NCBI GenBank assembly: GCA_043228905.1
Contig: JBHGNT010000017.1
Location: 5,952,001 to 6,016,000, forward strand
From: Azolla caroliniana
Lineage: Eukaryota > Plantae > Polypodiophyta
DNA: 64,000 bases
Direction: 5' to 3'
The notes below the pieces were generated by a model. The model saw nothing but the letters and a program-made list of their open reading frames with translations. It searched no databases and was not told the origin of the DNA. The translations under genes and the position numbers were made by a program. The stretch's first letter is position 1, and each line of letters begins with the position of its first letter. Positions 46,172 to 60,296 of the stretch are shown here, piece by piece.

Positions 46172-49100
46172 CTTTCGTAGCACATATCTCCCAAAGGCCC
46201 CCCAATTTCTAACATCATATAGGACCATTTGGTTTTTTGAGATGAATTTAATTTCTTTAGTAAAGAAGGCTACAACTCTCGTTTGCATGCTTCTTCTTCT
46301 TTTTTTCCAATAATGGAAAACAATTTGGTCAATTTGGTTTGTTACATTCACATATGGGAGGAATGGGGTTCCATATACATACATCCATATTCACTTTGAT
46401 GTATTAATACAAATCCAATTATGGAAAAAAGAAAATGTCACATTTAGAGATTGCAAGTTTTGTTTCGTAGTTTGAAGCGAAATGCTCGCTACAACTTTCT
46501 CTTCAAGGCCTAGGGTCTATGCAATTTACTTGTCCTTAAGTGTGATTTCTATTCTATTTCCGCATGCGTGTATACATAAGTAATTGGCACGCATGCAATC
46601 TTGTGCCTTGGATTGCAACGGAATTCCTGGAAATAAGACTACATGCACAATGCATAAATGTTGACACTTCACATCTGTCTCCGGAAAAAAATCAAGATTA
46701 AAAACAAAATTCGCATTCCATAAATTATGCCCCCCCTTGGTCTATTTAGAAAATGCCATTGATCACAAATTAATAGAGCTTGATGAAAGTAAGACAAGTT
46801 TGTTAAATGGCATGTTCCACAAAATGGCCAATCTTTTTGTTATAGAATGAACTGTAAATATGCACATAATTTTACAAAAAGGAGAAAGAAAAAACCATGT
46901 GCACAACTGGCCATCTCATGATATCTCGTGTAAGTGTCTCATTTCTTAAGAGATGTTTCCCTTGCCTCGTATATTTCCTTGTTGATGTCACTACAGAACA
47001 CATTGTGGGCTAGCCCTTGCCGTGTGTGCCATGCATAATATAACTTAATTTGTTCGTTTGATTATTTTACAAAACTTCGTCTACTAAAGTAGGATTATAC
47101 TTCTTTGACTCGTTATTGTGTTATATGTGTATACATTAGCAAAACCCATTATTCGATGTTATGGATGATACATATTCCACCCTCTCATGATAAGAATATC
47201 AACACATGCACTCATGGATGCTATGCTATACTTTGATGACAAATATAATACAACACACATGCACGCACGTGGATGATAAACACTCCACGTCACACATGGG
47301 TGATAGACATTCAACTTTGTTCAATGGGTGATAACAACCACGTTCAATAAATGTTAATAAATAATATCACATGTCATTCGAGAGAAGAGAAAACATCAAA
47401 TGACATGTCATCTTTGTTACGTGGCATCTAATTTTAAATGACATGTAAGCTTTATCACATGCAATCTATATGTTTTCTTAGAGTTGTTAATCTATGAAGT
47501 CATCTTTTTCTTACGACAACATATTATGGCCGTTTCCAATAGAAAATGAAATGTGTGGAAATGTGACGGGCTAGGCCTTCATACCATAACACATTTAGAA
47601 ATTTCACCAACAAGATTCTGGACACCATGTGCTAGACTCTAGACACCCTCATCAATGAAATGTACGTCAAGGGTGATGCCATATCATACCCCAAAAGTTG
47701 CGAAAAAAAATCACTAACAAAATATTATGTGTATGGATTACCTTCATTCGTCATACAATAGACTTTTTAGGCATCCGCACAAGCTCAATCTAATGATTGA
47801 TTCATGACATTCCATGTCTTTTATTTTAAATCTCCACACTTTTTTTGTGGTAGTGCAAAAAAATTTCTCATAAAAAATTTATTTATTTGATTCACTTTGC
47901 ACATCCCTAGGATTGATAGTAGAGGATGGCTTGCTATAATATGTAAATTCATAAAGCTACACATAGATTATATATATAATTTGGATGAATAAGAATATGA
48001 TATTACAAGATGAATGATACATATTGGTGTCATGCCTATGTGTCTTTTAACCACGAAAACATCCCCCCCCCCCCCATTGGACCTAGACTTAATGGCTAGT
48101 AGGATTGAGTTTCCAATCAGGATAAAGGAAGCTTAGTGACCACAAATTTAATGATGTGCGCAACAATTTCTTCTTCAACAACAAACATCAATATCCAACA
48201 ATTTCACTTTTTTCATGTTTTAATTAAGGAACTCTTACTAGTCCTTTGCTTTTCCCATGGTGTGGTAACGGAGTAAACATCTTAATCATGAGCTAGATCT
48301 TCATTTACATGGTTAAAAGTTAAAAACTTATGATTTTAGCTAGCAAAGTATGGAGAGGGATATAAGTGGCTTCTCCACAATGAATTTCTTTCAACAAACC
48401 TTTTTGTGTCAAAATGGACATAATTAGTGAGATCTAATGCCATTTTTGTTCTCTAGATACCTCTATAACAAATGGAAAAGACTTTTAACGTTTGTCCCGC
48501 CTAATTTCCAACCTTTTTGTCCTCAAACCATTGAACATAGCATATGCTCTAGAGGGAGATGTTAGGGATGTGTTTTATTGAGCATTTCTCGTACTACACT
48601 ACTCATAAGCTTTAACATGCAAGGTACCTTCGATCTAGATAAAGGATAAAATATCTTCCTCTCATAGTTGAATTCTAGTTCCAACAATAAGTTCCATTTA
48701 TTGGTTTTGTTAGGTAAAAATACCTTGAATATCATCTACCCTTTTTCCAAGTCATTTGCATTATAATTTCATGGACCTCCCCAAATATGGCGACTTGTAC
48801 GATTGGGTTTTGGGGCTTGTCTCTTCCCAACATTTGCTTCAAATGAAGTAGGCAATCAAATGAAGTCCTTGTGTTGACATGATATTTTTTCCTTAATTTG
48901 CTTTGATTACAATGATGTATAATCTATATTGGTGGAAAATATATCAATAGAAAATACTAATACTAATTGTTGCCAACGGAACCAAGTTTTTGTGTAAGAT
49001 ATTTTTCTTATCAATATATTTGACAAAAGCTTGATTCCCTTTGGGACAATTTCTCATTTTCTTATACTAAACACAGTTGAGTGTTTTTTGGAAACAGTTA

Positions 49101-50749
49101 TAAAGCTTGGGATTGAATATTTGAGCCAATACTGATAGGGAACTAGTGTAAGCTTTGAGGACCCATTTAAAAACCACTTTGGATGATAGCTTATGAATAT
49201 GAAGGAGTACCTAGATCCACTTGGACTTTTGGAGAATTGCAAATATCCCATCCAACTTTGGGGAGTGTAAATTGTTTAATCATTCCCTTGCAAGAAGGAA
49301 TGGTTATGGAAGGAGGGAATGTAGATTGTGCAAGGATGTTGAGTAAAAATGCACACAAGAAAAGAAGTAGAAACTCATCAACCATTACAGAAAAGGAAAG
49401 AGTTTAGTTGAGGAGCTAAATTAACCAATGAGAATTGCCATGTTGTTGATATCATCACACTTGTAAATGAAAGTCTTGTTGCAAATGGGAAGCTCTCATG
49501 GGAACTTCATGAATCCAAGAGTGGACACTTGAAGGTCCATAATATTTATGGCACAAACTTTGACCTCTGGAAGAATAGATTTAGGACGTTTTTATTTAGA
49601 GCAATATTGGATGCAAATAAATGAGAAGTGATCTACTCTGCTAAAGATTAGGAATGATCTCGACTAGTTGGCAATGTCAATGGTCTGGATTCATCTTATA
49701 GATAGCATTGACTTATTGGCAATAGACACCCAAACATTGAAGATGATATGGATGAAGCTTCGCAACACAATCTTGCATTAAACAACGTCTACTTGATGTA
49801 GAGAGTGTATGAGTTTTCAATGAAGGAATTTGATTTGGTTTTTATCCAACAAGTGAGTTTGATGGCATCATTGCCTAGTCAAAGGGATCAACCCATTTTG
49901 GATTGTTTCCATGAATGATGATGGTATATATAAGCTTGACACACTATATAGTGAGATCAAGGCATGGCTAATTAATTTTCCCTTAAGCTATACTATAATG
50001 ACTGATCATCAAATCTGTTCCTATTTGAATTCGCGACCAACCAACAAAGGCAAATATGTAAATAACATCAATAACTTTTAAACTAAAGCCTCAAATATGA
50101 TCACCTCCCCTATTATTACTAGCACATGTCCATCCCATTTATTACTCCCCCACGTAGCCTCACCCCCTATAAATGAAAGTTTACAAGAATGGTAAAGACA
50201 ACTATGCAATAGAATATATAATGAACATTTTACAAGAAGGGAAAGGGTTGCTTTACGCCCAAAATTTTCCACATCAAGCGCTTTGGAAAAGATATCCTCC
50301 ATTTTCTTATCAGTTTGGATAGTTTGGGGCTTGATGTCCTCGGTTACGATCCACTCTTGCATGTATTGATACTACACCTCAATATAATTCCTTCATGCAT
50401 GGAACATCATGTACCTTTGCAATGGCACACTTGAACCGTATGGTTTCAATATAGTGATGACCACATCCCTATACTTGATTTCTATACTTGACATAACACT
50501 TTTTGCTACAACATATGGCACCCATGTCAGTTATTGATATGTTTAACTATTGGCCCGGCATGTAGCCTTTGAGTTGAATCAAGATTCCTACTTAACTATA
50601 ATATCACATCACCCTCTTAACACAATCAACACGTGTGTCACACCATAGGTAATAACACATTTCAATACGGGCAGTGACAACTTATAAATTTAATTCCAAG
50701 ACTACTAGTATAGCCAACAATTTAGTGACAACTTATAAATTTATTTCGA

Positions 50750-51140
50750 ATACTAATATGTTGAGCAAGAAAGCTCAACTGGGGCTAATCGGCGGAAGAA
50801 GCTGAGAACCAGATCGGATGGATACCAATCGGTTAGGCCTGGATCGGCTGAATAAACCAGGTGCCGGATCGGATGAAGACCGATCTGCTAGGCCGAGTCG
50901 GATAGAATTCGACAGGCCATTAGGGGCCTATATTCCTATTTTAGTAAATATGACAACTTATAATTTTATTTCCAATACTAATATGTTGAGTGAGAAAGCT
51001 CAAGTTGGGCCAATCGGTTGAAGAAGCCGAGAACTAGATTGGATGGATACCGATTGGTTAGGCCCGGATTGGCTAAATAAACCAAGTGCCAGATCGGATG
51101 AAGACCGATCGGCTAGGCCGAGTCGGATAGAATTCGACGG
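50750..51140. repeat. Two ~225-bp tandem copies (probably 3' region of the Gypsy element)
   Basis: AATACTAATATGTTGAG...GATAGAATTCGAC at ~50749 and ~50974. Confidence 0.8.
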
Positions 51141-52159
51141 GCCATGGCCGCCACAGCTGGGAGGTCGTAGTGTGCCGGTGACAAGAGGAGGAAGACAGCG
51201 TCGTGGCGGCGGCCATGGCCCCCGTAGAGGAACGAAGGGCAGGTACGAGGGGAGTGCAGTGTGGTGTGTCAAAACGAGAGAGAGGGGGGGGAAGGGAGGG
51301 CCTACCCGAGGAGTGGGAAAGCAAGGCGTGGGGGAGGCGAGGCGGCGACCGGCGCAGGCAACCGGTGGAGGAGGGGCGGGGCTGCTGAGGGTGGGAGAAA
51401 GCCACAACAGAGATTGGGGGGCAAGGGGGGGAATAGTGTGAGCGGGGAGGGGGGAAAGACTGCTGCAGAGCGTGGAAGCGTGGAGTGAGAAGGGAGGGGA
51501 CAGCAGAAAGAGGAGGGTGAAGAAAAAATGAGGGAGGGGAGTTAGAGCAAAGAAGAAGGAGAAAAAAGAAGAAGAAGGAGGAGGAGGAGGAGGAGAAAAA
51601 CGAAAGAAAAGAAAAAGCAAAAAATTTAAAAAAATTAAAAATTAAAAAATAAAATTAAAATTAAAATTAAAAAAATAAAATTTAAATAAAATTTAAAAAA
51701 TTTAAAAAATTTAAAAAAAAAAAAAACTAAAAAATAAAATAAAATAAAATAAAATATAAAAATAAATAAATTAATTAAAAAATAAAAATAACTAAATAGA
51801 TAATAAATAAATAAATAAAATTAACAAACAACAAAAATAATAGAAAATAAAAAATAAAACAAAATATAAAAATTAAAATAAAATAAAAAATAAAAAAGGA
51901 TTCGGATACCTATGGTGAGGGCGGTCTAAACGGGGGTCTCCGGGGAACGTGGTAGGGGATTGCGTAAATTAAGGGCTTTTGAGGAACCTTGAGGATGCGA
52001 CTGTGGAAGGAGTGTCACTCGGGTATCGTGTGAGGTTCCGGATCCATGACTTTTAAGGATCCAAACCTGCGACATGTTTGTTAAGGGGGTGTTCGGTCTC
52101 TCCGTTGTTTAGGCTTGTCGCTTCCTATGGCTTTAGCCTGGGCGGGATACCGGGCTGAT

Positions 52160-52660
52160 GTGTGTGCTTTTCGGGTGTCCCCTGCAGGCGTGATATGATC
52201 GCGACTGGGGAGTCGGCTTCGTTTCGGGACCCAAAAGCTAGTGGCGCCTTTGTACCAACCTTGTGCTGTTGTGAGTGTCTTTTTGACTCGCCAAATGGCG
52301 GGTTCCCCACAACGTTGCCCGTCCGCAAAAACAGCATGAACATTCACCCATTCCCGTGGTTTGGGTGTCTATGTTCTTACGTCAACATCGTGCTGGTCTT
52401 GGGTGGCCAGTGGGTGTTGGCGTTTGGTTTGGTTGAGCGACTCTGCGTCTTGGGGTTCATCGATGTCCCCTGCAGGTGTGGTATGATCGAGACTGGGGAG
52501 TCAGCTTCGTTTCGGGCCCCAGAAGCTAGTGGCGCCATTGTGCCACCCTTGTGCAGTTGTGAGTATTTTCCTGACTCGCCATACCGCACGCTCTCCGTAG
52601 CGTGGGCCTTCAGCGAACACAGTGTGGACGTTCACCCATTCTCGTAGTTTGGGTGTCTGT
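52160..52660. repeat. Two ~290-bp direct repeats in the Gypsy 3' region
   Basis: TGTCCCCTGCAGG...GACTGGGGAGTC...GCTAGTGGCGCC...TTCACCCATTC at ~52176 and ~52464. Confidence 0.85.
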
Positions 52661-53255
52661 GTTCTATTGTTAGTGTCGCGTTGGCTATGGGCGGCCGGTG
52701 GGTGTCGGTGTGTTGCTTGTTTGGGTAGCTCCACGCTTTGGGGGTCAGCGAGGACAACGGGATGTGATTCGAGTGTTGTTGCGAGGAGGTCCTCGGACTT
52801 CAGCCCACCTCCTGTTTGAAAAGAGACGATGTGTTTGCTGGGTGATAGGAGACATTCGCTTATGCGACACCAATCTAAACCGAGGAGACATTGTGTGTGC
52901 ATCACTCCGGGTGGGAGTACCCGAACTTGGATTAAGTGCGCACTGTATTTTGTCTTGATGTTACACCCGAAGATTCCCAGGCAACATGACGTAGACCCAT
53001 CGAAGCCACGGAAGTTGTCGTTGCACACTTCGAGGTTTGGGCAACCTAGACGTCTCCATGTTTCAAAGGAGAAAAGGGTTAGCGATGCTCCTATGTCGAT
53101 TACCACCGTCAAAGGCTTGTCGTCGACACGACATTGTAGTTGTATTGTCCCATCATTAGAGTTGCGCAGGTCGGATGGGCGTGTCCCTGTCGCTTCAATT
53201 TCGCTTGCGTGTTGCGCAGGTCGGTTTCGAGCCGGGCCATTCGGCCTTCGGAGGC
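52501..53255 (-). CDS. Second retropepsin-like aspartic protease domain downstream of integrase
   Basis: 'GTIQLQCRVDDKPLTVVIDIGASLTLFS...WRRLGCP...FRGFDGS...CLG...CLLGLDW' matches the retropepsin layout. The catalytic DTG reads DIG (ATA). Confidence 0.75.
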
Positions 53256-53269
53256 TTTAAGTTTGGCCT

Positions 53270-56200
53270 CTACCTCTCGTTGTCGAGCCGTGAGTAGAGC
53301 CTCGAGTGTGAGGGGTCCATAGTAACGTTTGAGCTTGCTCCCATTAATGAACCCGGGGATGTCAAAACCTTCGATCTGCGTAGGCGACATGCTCCTATCT
53401 TGGTAACCTCCGAAACCACATACGGGCCTTCGCCCCGTAGCTTCAACTTCTTCTTGTGTCGTTGAGAGGAGAATTTGAGGGCCATGTCGCCTTCTGCGAG
53501 GTCTTTGTTCTTGACTTTATTGTCGTGCCACACCTTTCTATTGGCTTTCTCTGCCAAGAGTGCCTGGAATGCGAGAAGGCGAGTTTCTGTCAGTCGTTCT
53601 AGGTTCTCTAGGCGTGACGGGAGGGGGTCCCCTTCCCATCGTTCCTGTATGGCGATCCTGAGGCTGGGGACAAGGAACTCGATGGGTAATATTGCTTCTT
53701 GCCCGTACACCAGTTTGAATGGTGTGTGGCGAGTTGCGACTTTGTAGGAAGTACGGAAGGCCCATAATGCTGCTTGGAGTTTGGTGCTCCAATCAGATCG
53801 GGAGGCAGCGACTATCTTTGTGAGTACTGCACATAGCACCTTATTCGTGCTTTCCGCTTGTCCGTTGCATCGAGGGTAATAAGGAGAACTTTTGTGGTGT
53901 GTCACCATATACTCGCCTAATAAATGTGCTATCACCTAGTTCAAGAAATGTGAGCCTTGGTCACTAATGATTTCGAGCGGACATCCAAACCGTACGATGA
54001 CATTTTCATATAGGAATTTGGCAGTACTACGTGCGTCGGCGTTAACGCAAGCTTTCGCTTCAACCCACTTGGTGGCATAGTCGGTGGCGGTTATTATGTA
54101 TCGGTTGAGGTTGGAAGCTGGGCTGATTGGGCCGATAAAGTCGATACCCCATTTCTCGAATGGTTGCCATGCCACCACTGAGTTTAACGTATTAAAATCC
54201 GCTTTTAGCGGGTGTTTGAAACGTTGGCACTCGTCACAGCGACGTATGTATGCGTATGTGTCTTTGAAGAGTGTTGGCCACCATAGGCCGGACTGAAGGA
54301 TCTTGCGCGCAATGGTCTCGTGATTGAAATGAGCTTGTTCGAGGGTGGTGACGACATCATGGTTTGTTATACACCTCCGAAGTAGATCATCATTACCCCG
54401 ACGGTACAGATTGCCTCGGAGCATCGTGAAGGGGCCACATTTCTTTAGCAAGGCGCGCACGTGTGTTCGTGGTAGTTGTTTTAGGAAGGACGCTCCTTCG
54501 GTTAGGACGCGAACTATGTCTGATGCCCATGCTGGTACGGTATCGATCGCAAATAATGTTGCATCTGGTGTTTCATCATCGACCCCAGTGGCTTCTTCTC
54601 CGTTGGGAATTCGGGAGAAATGATCGGCGAGTACATGGTCTTTCCCTTTTCTCACTACTACCTTGAAGTCGAATTCGAGTAACGTTACAATCCATCGTGA
54701 GTTGCGTCCAGTGGCATGAGTTTTGTTTACTAAGTAGAGTAGGGCCTGATGGTCTACAAAAAACGAGAACCGGGACGCCAATAGGTAGTGGCGGAATTTC
54801 TTTACGCTGTAGACCATGGCCAAAGCCTCCCGTTCCGTCGTGGAGTAATTTCGTTCCGCGGCATTTAGCTGGCGACTAGCGAAGGTGACCGGTAGGTCGA
54901 GTGCCCCTTCACCGGGTTGGGCTAGCACTGCACCAATCGCGAAGGCGGAAGCGTCGGTGTGCACGTGGAATTCTTTGGTCCAGTCGGGAGGCCGGAGGAT
55001 GGGAGCCTTAGTTAGGCACTCTTTCAAGATTTTGAAGGAGTGTGTGCATTCCTCTGTCCATATGAACTGCTTTAATAGGGAGTAGAGTGGTCTAGCCTTG
55101 TCCGCGAACATCTTAATGAAGCATCTATAGTAACCCGCATATCCCATGAACCCTTCTAGTTGTTTCTCGTTCGTGGGGGGTGGCATGTCGAGGATGAGTT
55201 TTACTTTTGCCTCGTCGGTCGAGATCCCGTGGCGGGACACGACGTGTCCTAATATTATTCCGTGCTTGACCCAGAACTGACACTTGAGCGGGTTGAGAGA
55301 GAGTTGATAGGTTTTACATTTTTCGAACGTCAAACGGAGTAGCCCCAAGTGGTCATGCCATTTCGAATTGCAACATAAGTCGTCAACATAAGACTCCACC
55401 CCTTGGCGTAACCTTGCGGCAAAGATATGGTCTGCTGCTCTTTGGTAGGTGCTCAAGGCGCTCGTGAGTCCGAAAGGCATCTGTTTATACGTGAACGTAC
55501 CAAATTCCGTGGCGAAAGCGGTCTTGTGTTGATCCTCAGGGACCACCGAGATTTGGTTGTACCCGGAGAACCCGTCGATGAAGCTATACGCTTCCGCTCC
55601 CGCGGTTCTTTCGAGTAAATGTTCGATGTAGGGTACCGGGTAATTGTCCTTGATAGTGGCTTCGTTAACTTGGCGTTAGTCTACACATATGCGGATCTGA
55701 CCGTTTTTCTTTGGGACGACCACAATTGGGGAGACCCAAGTAGTTCGTTCGATTGGGTAGATAATGCTTGCGGCTAACATTTTGTTGATTTCGGCTTTCA
55801 CTTGTTGGGCATAGTTAGGATTCATTGGACGTGGCCTTTGCCAGATTGGGCGGGCGTCAGCTCGCATGGGGATACTATGTGTGACGACCTCGGCTAGGAC
55901 TCCCTTCATGTCGACGTACGACCATGCAAACACGTCGCTAAATTCCGTGAGGAGAGTGATCAAGGACGCCTCCTCGTCCGGTTGGAGATCTATAGCTATG
56001 AACACCGGTTTAGAGTCTGTCCCTTTCCCAAGGTTGATTTCTTTCACCCTTGCTGGTCCATCGTAGACTTCTCCTAGGCCTTGGGGGTTGCGTTGCGGTC
56101 TCTTACAAGCCACTGCCCTACTCCCTTGTTCATAGAGTTTGAAATGCTCTGGGAAGTCCGCTTCCGTCACCGCCTCTTGAGTGGTCGTGACGTCACCTGG

Positions 56201-59200
56201 ACGTGTGACTCGTTGTGCCCGTTCTTCGTCCTCTACGTCTACGTCTTTTCGCCGGGGACCTAGGGTGGTGACGTTGAAGCACGAGATTGTCTCTCCGTTC
56301 TCGTCGCAACACTTTGTACCTATAGGATACATTGCGTCGGTTGTGGCGAGAGTGTGCACCCAATTCATTTCTGATGTCTCGGAGGTGACGGATTGGTCGT
56401 CTCTCTCACGTGCGTTCTCCTCTTTGGAAGTGGTGGGGCTTTGAGGAAAGTGTTGGCCTCTGGTCAAGAGTTGAACTGTCTTCGCGGGGTTGCACGCTAG
56501 GAGGTTGGTCTCGAACTCAGTGGTTTCTGACCAATCGTCTACGAGAGGGCTGCCTTCTTGTTCATGCACTTTTTGTGTGTACGCTTTGATGCGAAAGGTT
56601 TTGTTGTCCTTTCACATATAGATTATATCGTTCCCAAAATCCATGACCAGACGGTTTATACGTAGGAATGGTCTTCCTAGTGAGCACTCGTAGGCTACAT
56701 GGTTGGACGATCTTGTGACGACGAAGGTGAGATTGAACTCCACTCCGTGTATAGTGAAGTGATGCGAAGGAATCATGCCTTCTGGTCTTTGGTTGGACCC
56801 GTCTGCCATTCGTAGTTTGACCTCGGAAGGCATCATTTTTGGGCTCCCCCACTTGCACCAACATTCGTAACTGACGATACTTACCCCTGCTCCGGTGTCG
56901 ATGATGGCATCACACGTCTTACCATTGACACAGACTGGTAGAGTGAAACTAGTGTCGTCGCTCTCGAAATGGGCTTCGTGGACATCGACTGGCGGTCCTT
57001 CGGGTTGTTTGAGGACTGTGGACGTGCAAGGAGTGTGGGTGTGTATCCCTTCACCATATCCCGCCGATAGGCCACCAGTGAGGCGTCGGAGGACGTCATG
57101 CCACGGTTGAACGTCGAGTTTGAGTAGTTCTTCGAGCGTGAACTATATTTCTTTGGCGAGTAGTGGTCGTAGCAGGGGGTTGTCAATGGTGAAGGTGCCA
57201 ATGTAGCTCTGCACTTCGCGTAATGTGAGTCGCAATCTTAAATTTAAGATTTGTTGGAGTAGAGTTGTGTTGACCTCTTTGATCGAGGTAGGATGGCAAA
57301 CGGGGGTGTCGGTTGGTGTGACGAAGGGGGGAGGTGAGGGGTTTACCCATTCTTCTAGTTGCTCGAAGTTTAAGCTGGGGAGGCTAAGTGATTTTTCAAA
57401 CTGTTCGTGGTGTATGAGTTTGATGTATTCTTCTACTTTTTGTTTCTCAGCTACTGGATTTGGGTATGCCACTAGGTGTGCCGATAGTTCTTGATTCGGA
57501 TTGACGGGTAATGTTTCAGTGTCTCCCTCCGGTTCTTGATCTTGTTTTGAGGTCTGCGTGGAATTATTCTTCCTAGATTTGCGTCTCTTACCCGCGGTCA
57601 CGGGGAGACCTTGATCTTGGTATTTTAAATTGTGCGCTACTCGTTGGGCTCGTGTGATGACATTGGCACCGATCGTGGATGGCACAATGGACAACAGATT
57701 TGTGCCGACCCTTTTCTTCTTTTCCGGGCAATCAGGTACTAGGTGTTCTTTACCGCACCCTGGGCATGATGCTTCTCTTTGAAACCATTCGATGAGGTCT
57801 TGTGACTGTTGGGTGGGCCCTTGCGCCAATGGTTGTGGGGGCGTGTCGAGTGGGAGGTGTCGTGGTCGTTGGGCCATCCGGTTGTAGTACTCATGTTTGG
57901 TTGGGCACTCGCTAACCATATGCGGGCCTTGGCAGTTGAAGCATTTCAATTCTGACCTCCTCAGACCATTGTTGTTGTGGTATCCCATAGGGGGTCCACG
58001 TTGTTCCCCTCTCAAGACGTACACTGGGAAATCCACGAAATGGGATAACACCTCTTCTTCAATGCCATACTCCCTATACGGGTCTTCATATTCGGGGGTT
58101 CTCGTTCCGACCTGGGTTTGGTTATCTGTGGTATACTCCAGTTCAGCGAGGCGGGCACCGATGCGCGGTAGTGGGGGTTGTTGAGGGAGTATCGCTGGTA
58201 GTGGTGGGCGGCTAAGGGGTGGGGGGGAGCGTGGGTGTTCCACCATTGGCGTTTGGCCGTACCTTCCAGTGGGGGCTTGCCAGCAGTTCTCTTGCGTATG
58301 CATTACGAAAGCTTTGCACCACTTACAGTATTGCGGCCGTCGTTGATGAAGGAGAGGACACTCATGTCCCGTGTGGTGTCCTTGACATACCGTGCACCTT
58401 ACATTTTCTCGTTGGGCGTATGCTTGGGGTCTTTCTATACGGGGTGTTCGCGGTGTGGGTAGAGCAGGGGTGGGGTCGGAGGATTTCTCGCGGTTGTTCG
58501 TGGGTGCGTGAGTGGGTATGTGTAATCCACTCATCAAATCTTCAAAGGTCATCACTACTATGCAGGCTTCAGTAAACGATCGACACATCCGGGCAATCAG
58601 GAAATTTTGGAGTGTCGTATCGAACAACCCATTAATGAAACGGCTCATCAACTTGTCATCCGACATCTTGTCGTTCGGACTACAACGATGATGCAAGGTT
58701 TTCGTGCAACGTATGTAGTCCCTGACCGTTTCGTTTGCTTCTTGTTTGAGGGCGAAAAGTTGGTCAATCAGGTTCCATTTATTCCCTCGACGAGCGAAGT
58801 TTATCAAGAAATCCTCGATGACGTACTCGAAATCGGCGGCGATGTCTTCATTCAAGGTTCGAAACCAGATGCCGGCTTGGTCGTCAAGTGTGAGTCCAAA
58901 CGCAGCTACCTTGGTGATCTCTGTGAGGGGTTCGTAAGCGCGGCAAATCTGTTTGAACCTCTCGACATGGTCCTAGGCATCGCCGAAACCGAGGAAACGG
59001 GGTACTAGTTTAGAAATGGAAGCACTCTTCCCACTGTCATTTGTGAGGTTTCTCGGATGGTCTATGGGTGCTCGCTCTTTTTCCATCAATGCTACAAGAG
59101 TCTGTATGGATTGTAGCGTGAGTGCGAGTTCGGCGTTTGGAGGTGTAGGTGTAGCTTGGTCAGGTGTAGGGATTGTGCCCATGCATGGTGGTGCCGGGTG

Positions 59201-59497
59201 TCGTTGTGCACGAGTTTCGTTCGGGCTATTGCCCGTTGTGCTCGAACGCGGTACGGGGCTGTGCTCTTGACTGCGGCGGTGTATGTGCGACGATGTTTCT
59301 AGGTGGTGAAGTTTTTGTTGCACTCGTGTGAATCTATCCTTCCTTTCGGCCAAAGCAGCTTCGATATCTCGAGTGGTGCTTTCCGGTTGTCCTCCTTTCG
59401 CAAGTTGTACCGTCCATAGATTGATTTCGTGTTCTATCACTCGTAACTCTTGCGTTGCGTCTCGTATATGTCGTTCTACACTGAGTGGGTCTGCCAT
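53270..59497 (-). pseudogene. Gypsy gag-pol with stops and frameshifts
   Basis: Gag with CCHC knuckles, protease 'AIIDTG' at ~56900, RT 'WVSPIVVVPKKNGQIRICVD' and 'YVDD', RNase H 'HTDASAFAIGAVL', integrase 'WGIDFIGP', 'SDQGSHF' and 'GPY'. Confidence 0.93.
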
Positions 59498-59767
59498 TGG
59501 GCTCTCCTATAGTGGGGGTGTGTTGAGCAGTGCTTTAGGTCCTGGGCTCGATGGGAGGTTCATGTTTGGTAGTATCCCCGGAGTTACCCACCCTCCATGG
59601 TACTGAGTCGGGTTAGGCGGGCCAGCATCGTGGGTTTGGTCGGTTTGCGTGGACTCTTCCAGGCGTGCAGGTCGGGTTTTGAACATTTTTGCCCATGAGG
59701 ATCCGGCCATGTTTTCTGGTCAAGTTTTTATTTTATTTTATTTTATTTTATTTTATTTTTTTATAGG

Positions 59768-60296
59768 TTCGTCGAAGGATGAATCTTCGTCGGAGGATGA
59801 ACCTTCGTCGAAGGTTGAATGTTCGTCGAAGAATGAATCTTCATCGGGGGTTGAAGCTTCGTCGAAGGTTGAAGCTTCGTCGAAGGATGAATCTTCGTCA
59901 CAGGTTGAATCTTTGTCGAAGGGTGAATGTTCGTCGGAGGTTAAATGTTCGTCGAAGAATGAATCTTCGACGAGCTTTGCGTGGGAAAATCAATTTTTTT
60001 GGCGCCAACGGTCGCTTTGTGACCCGTGGAGTGATCGTAAGCTGTGAGACTCACGGTGATTATGCTTGCCCCGTAACGGCCTAAACCTGCACAATGTTTA
60101 ATGTTAACCGAGCGAAAAAACAGAAAATGGGAACTTAATTAAACTATGAAATGATGAAAAAAAACAAAAAATGGGACTTAATTAAACTATGAATTAGTGA
60201 GAAAAACACAAAATCAACTTAATTAAACTATGAAATAGTGAGAAAAACATAAAATCAACTTAATTAAACTATGAAATAGTAAGAAAAACAGAAAAT
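59768..60296. repeat. Gypsy 5' UTR tandem repeats: 18-bp unit (59768-59975) and ~45-bp unit (60130-60296)
   Basis: TTCGTCGAAGGWTGAAT-like about 11 times. ACTTAATTAAACTATGAA...GAAAAA four times. Confidence 0.9.

Larger units (their letters stand above)
42216..50481. repeat. Segmental duplication, copy 2
   Basis: Collinear with 21552-29622. Carries extra blocks at ~48064-48380 and ~48630-48882, and a replaced upstream segment at ~45785-46171. Confidence 0.95.

Noticed and set aside
21552-50481. Duplication as an uncollapsed-haplotype assembly artefact
   Set aside because: The copies differ by many substitutions, large indels and a transposon insertion, and have complex unique junctions. A real duplication is more likely, though read depth was not checked.
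51000-51900. Pro-rich and Gly/Arg-rich ORFs and the A-rich tract
   Set aside because: Low-complexity retrotransposon UTR-type sequence with no domain motifs.
59649-60084. Repetitive ORFs (SSKVE.../NLRRR...)
   Set aside because: Translations of the 18-bp tandem repeat on the antisense strand of the Gypsy 5' UTR.
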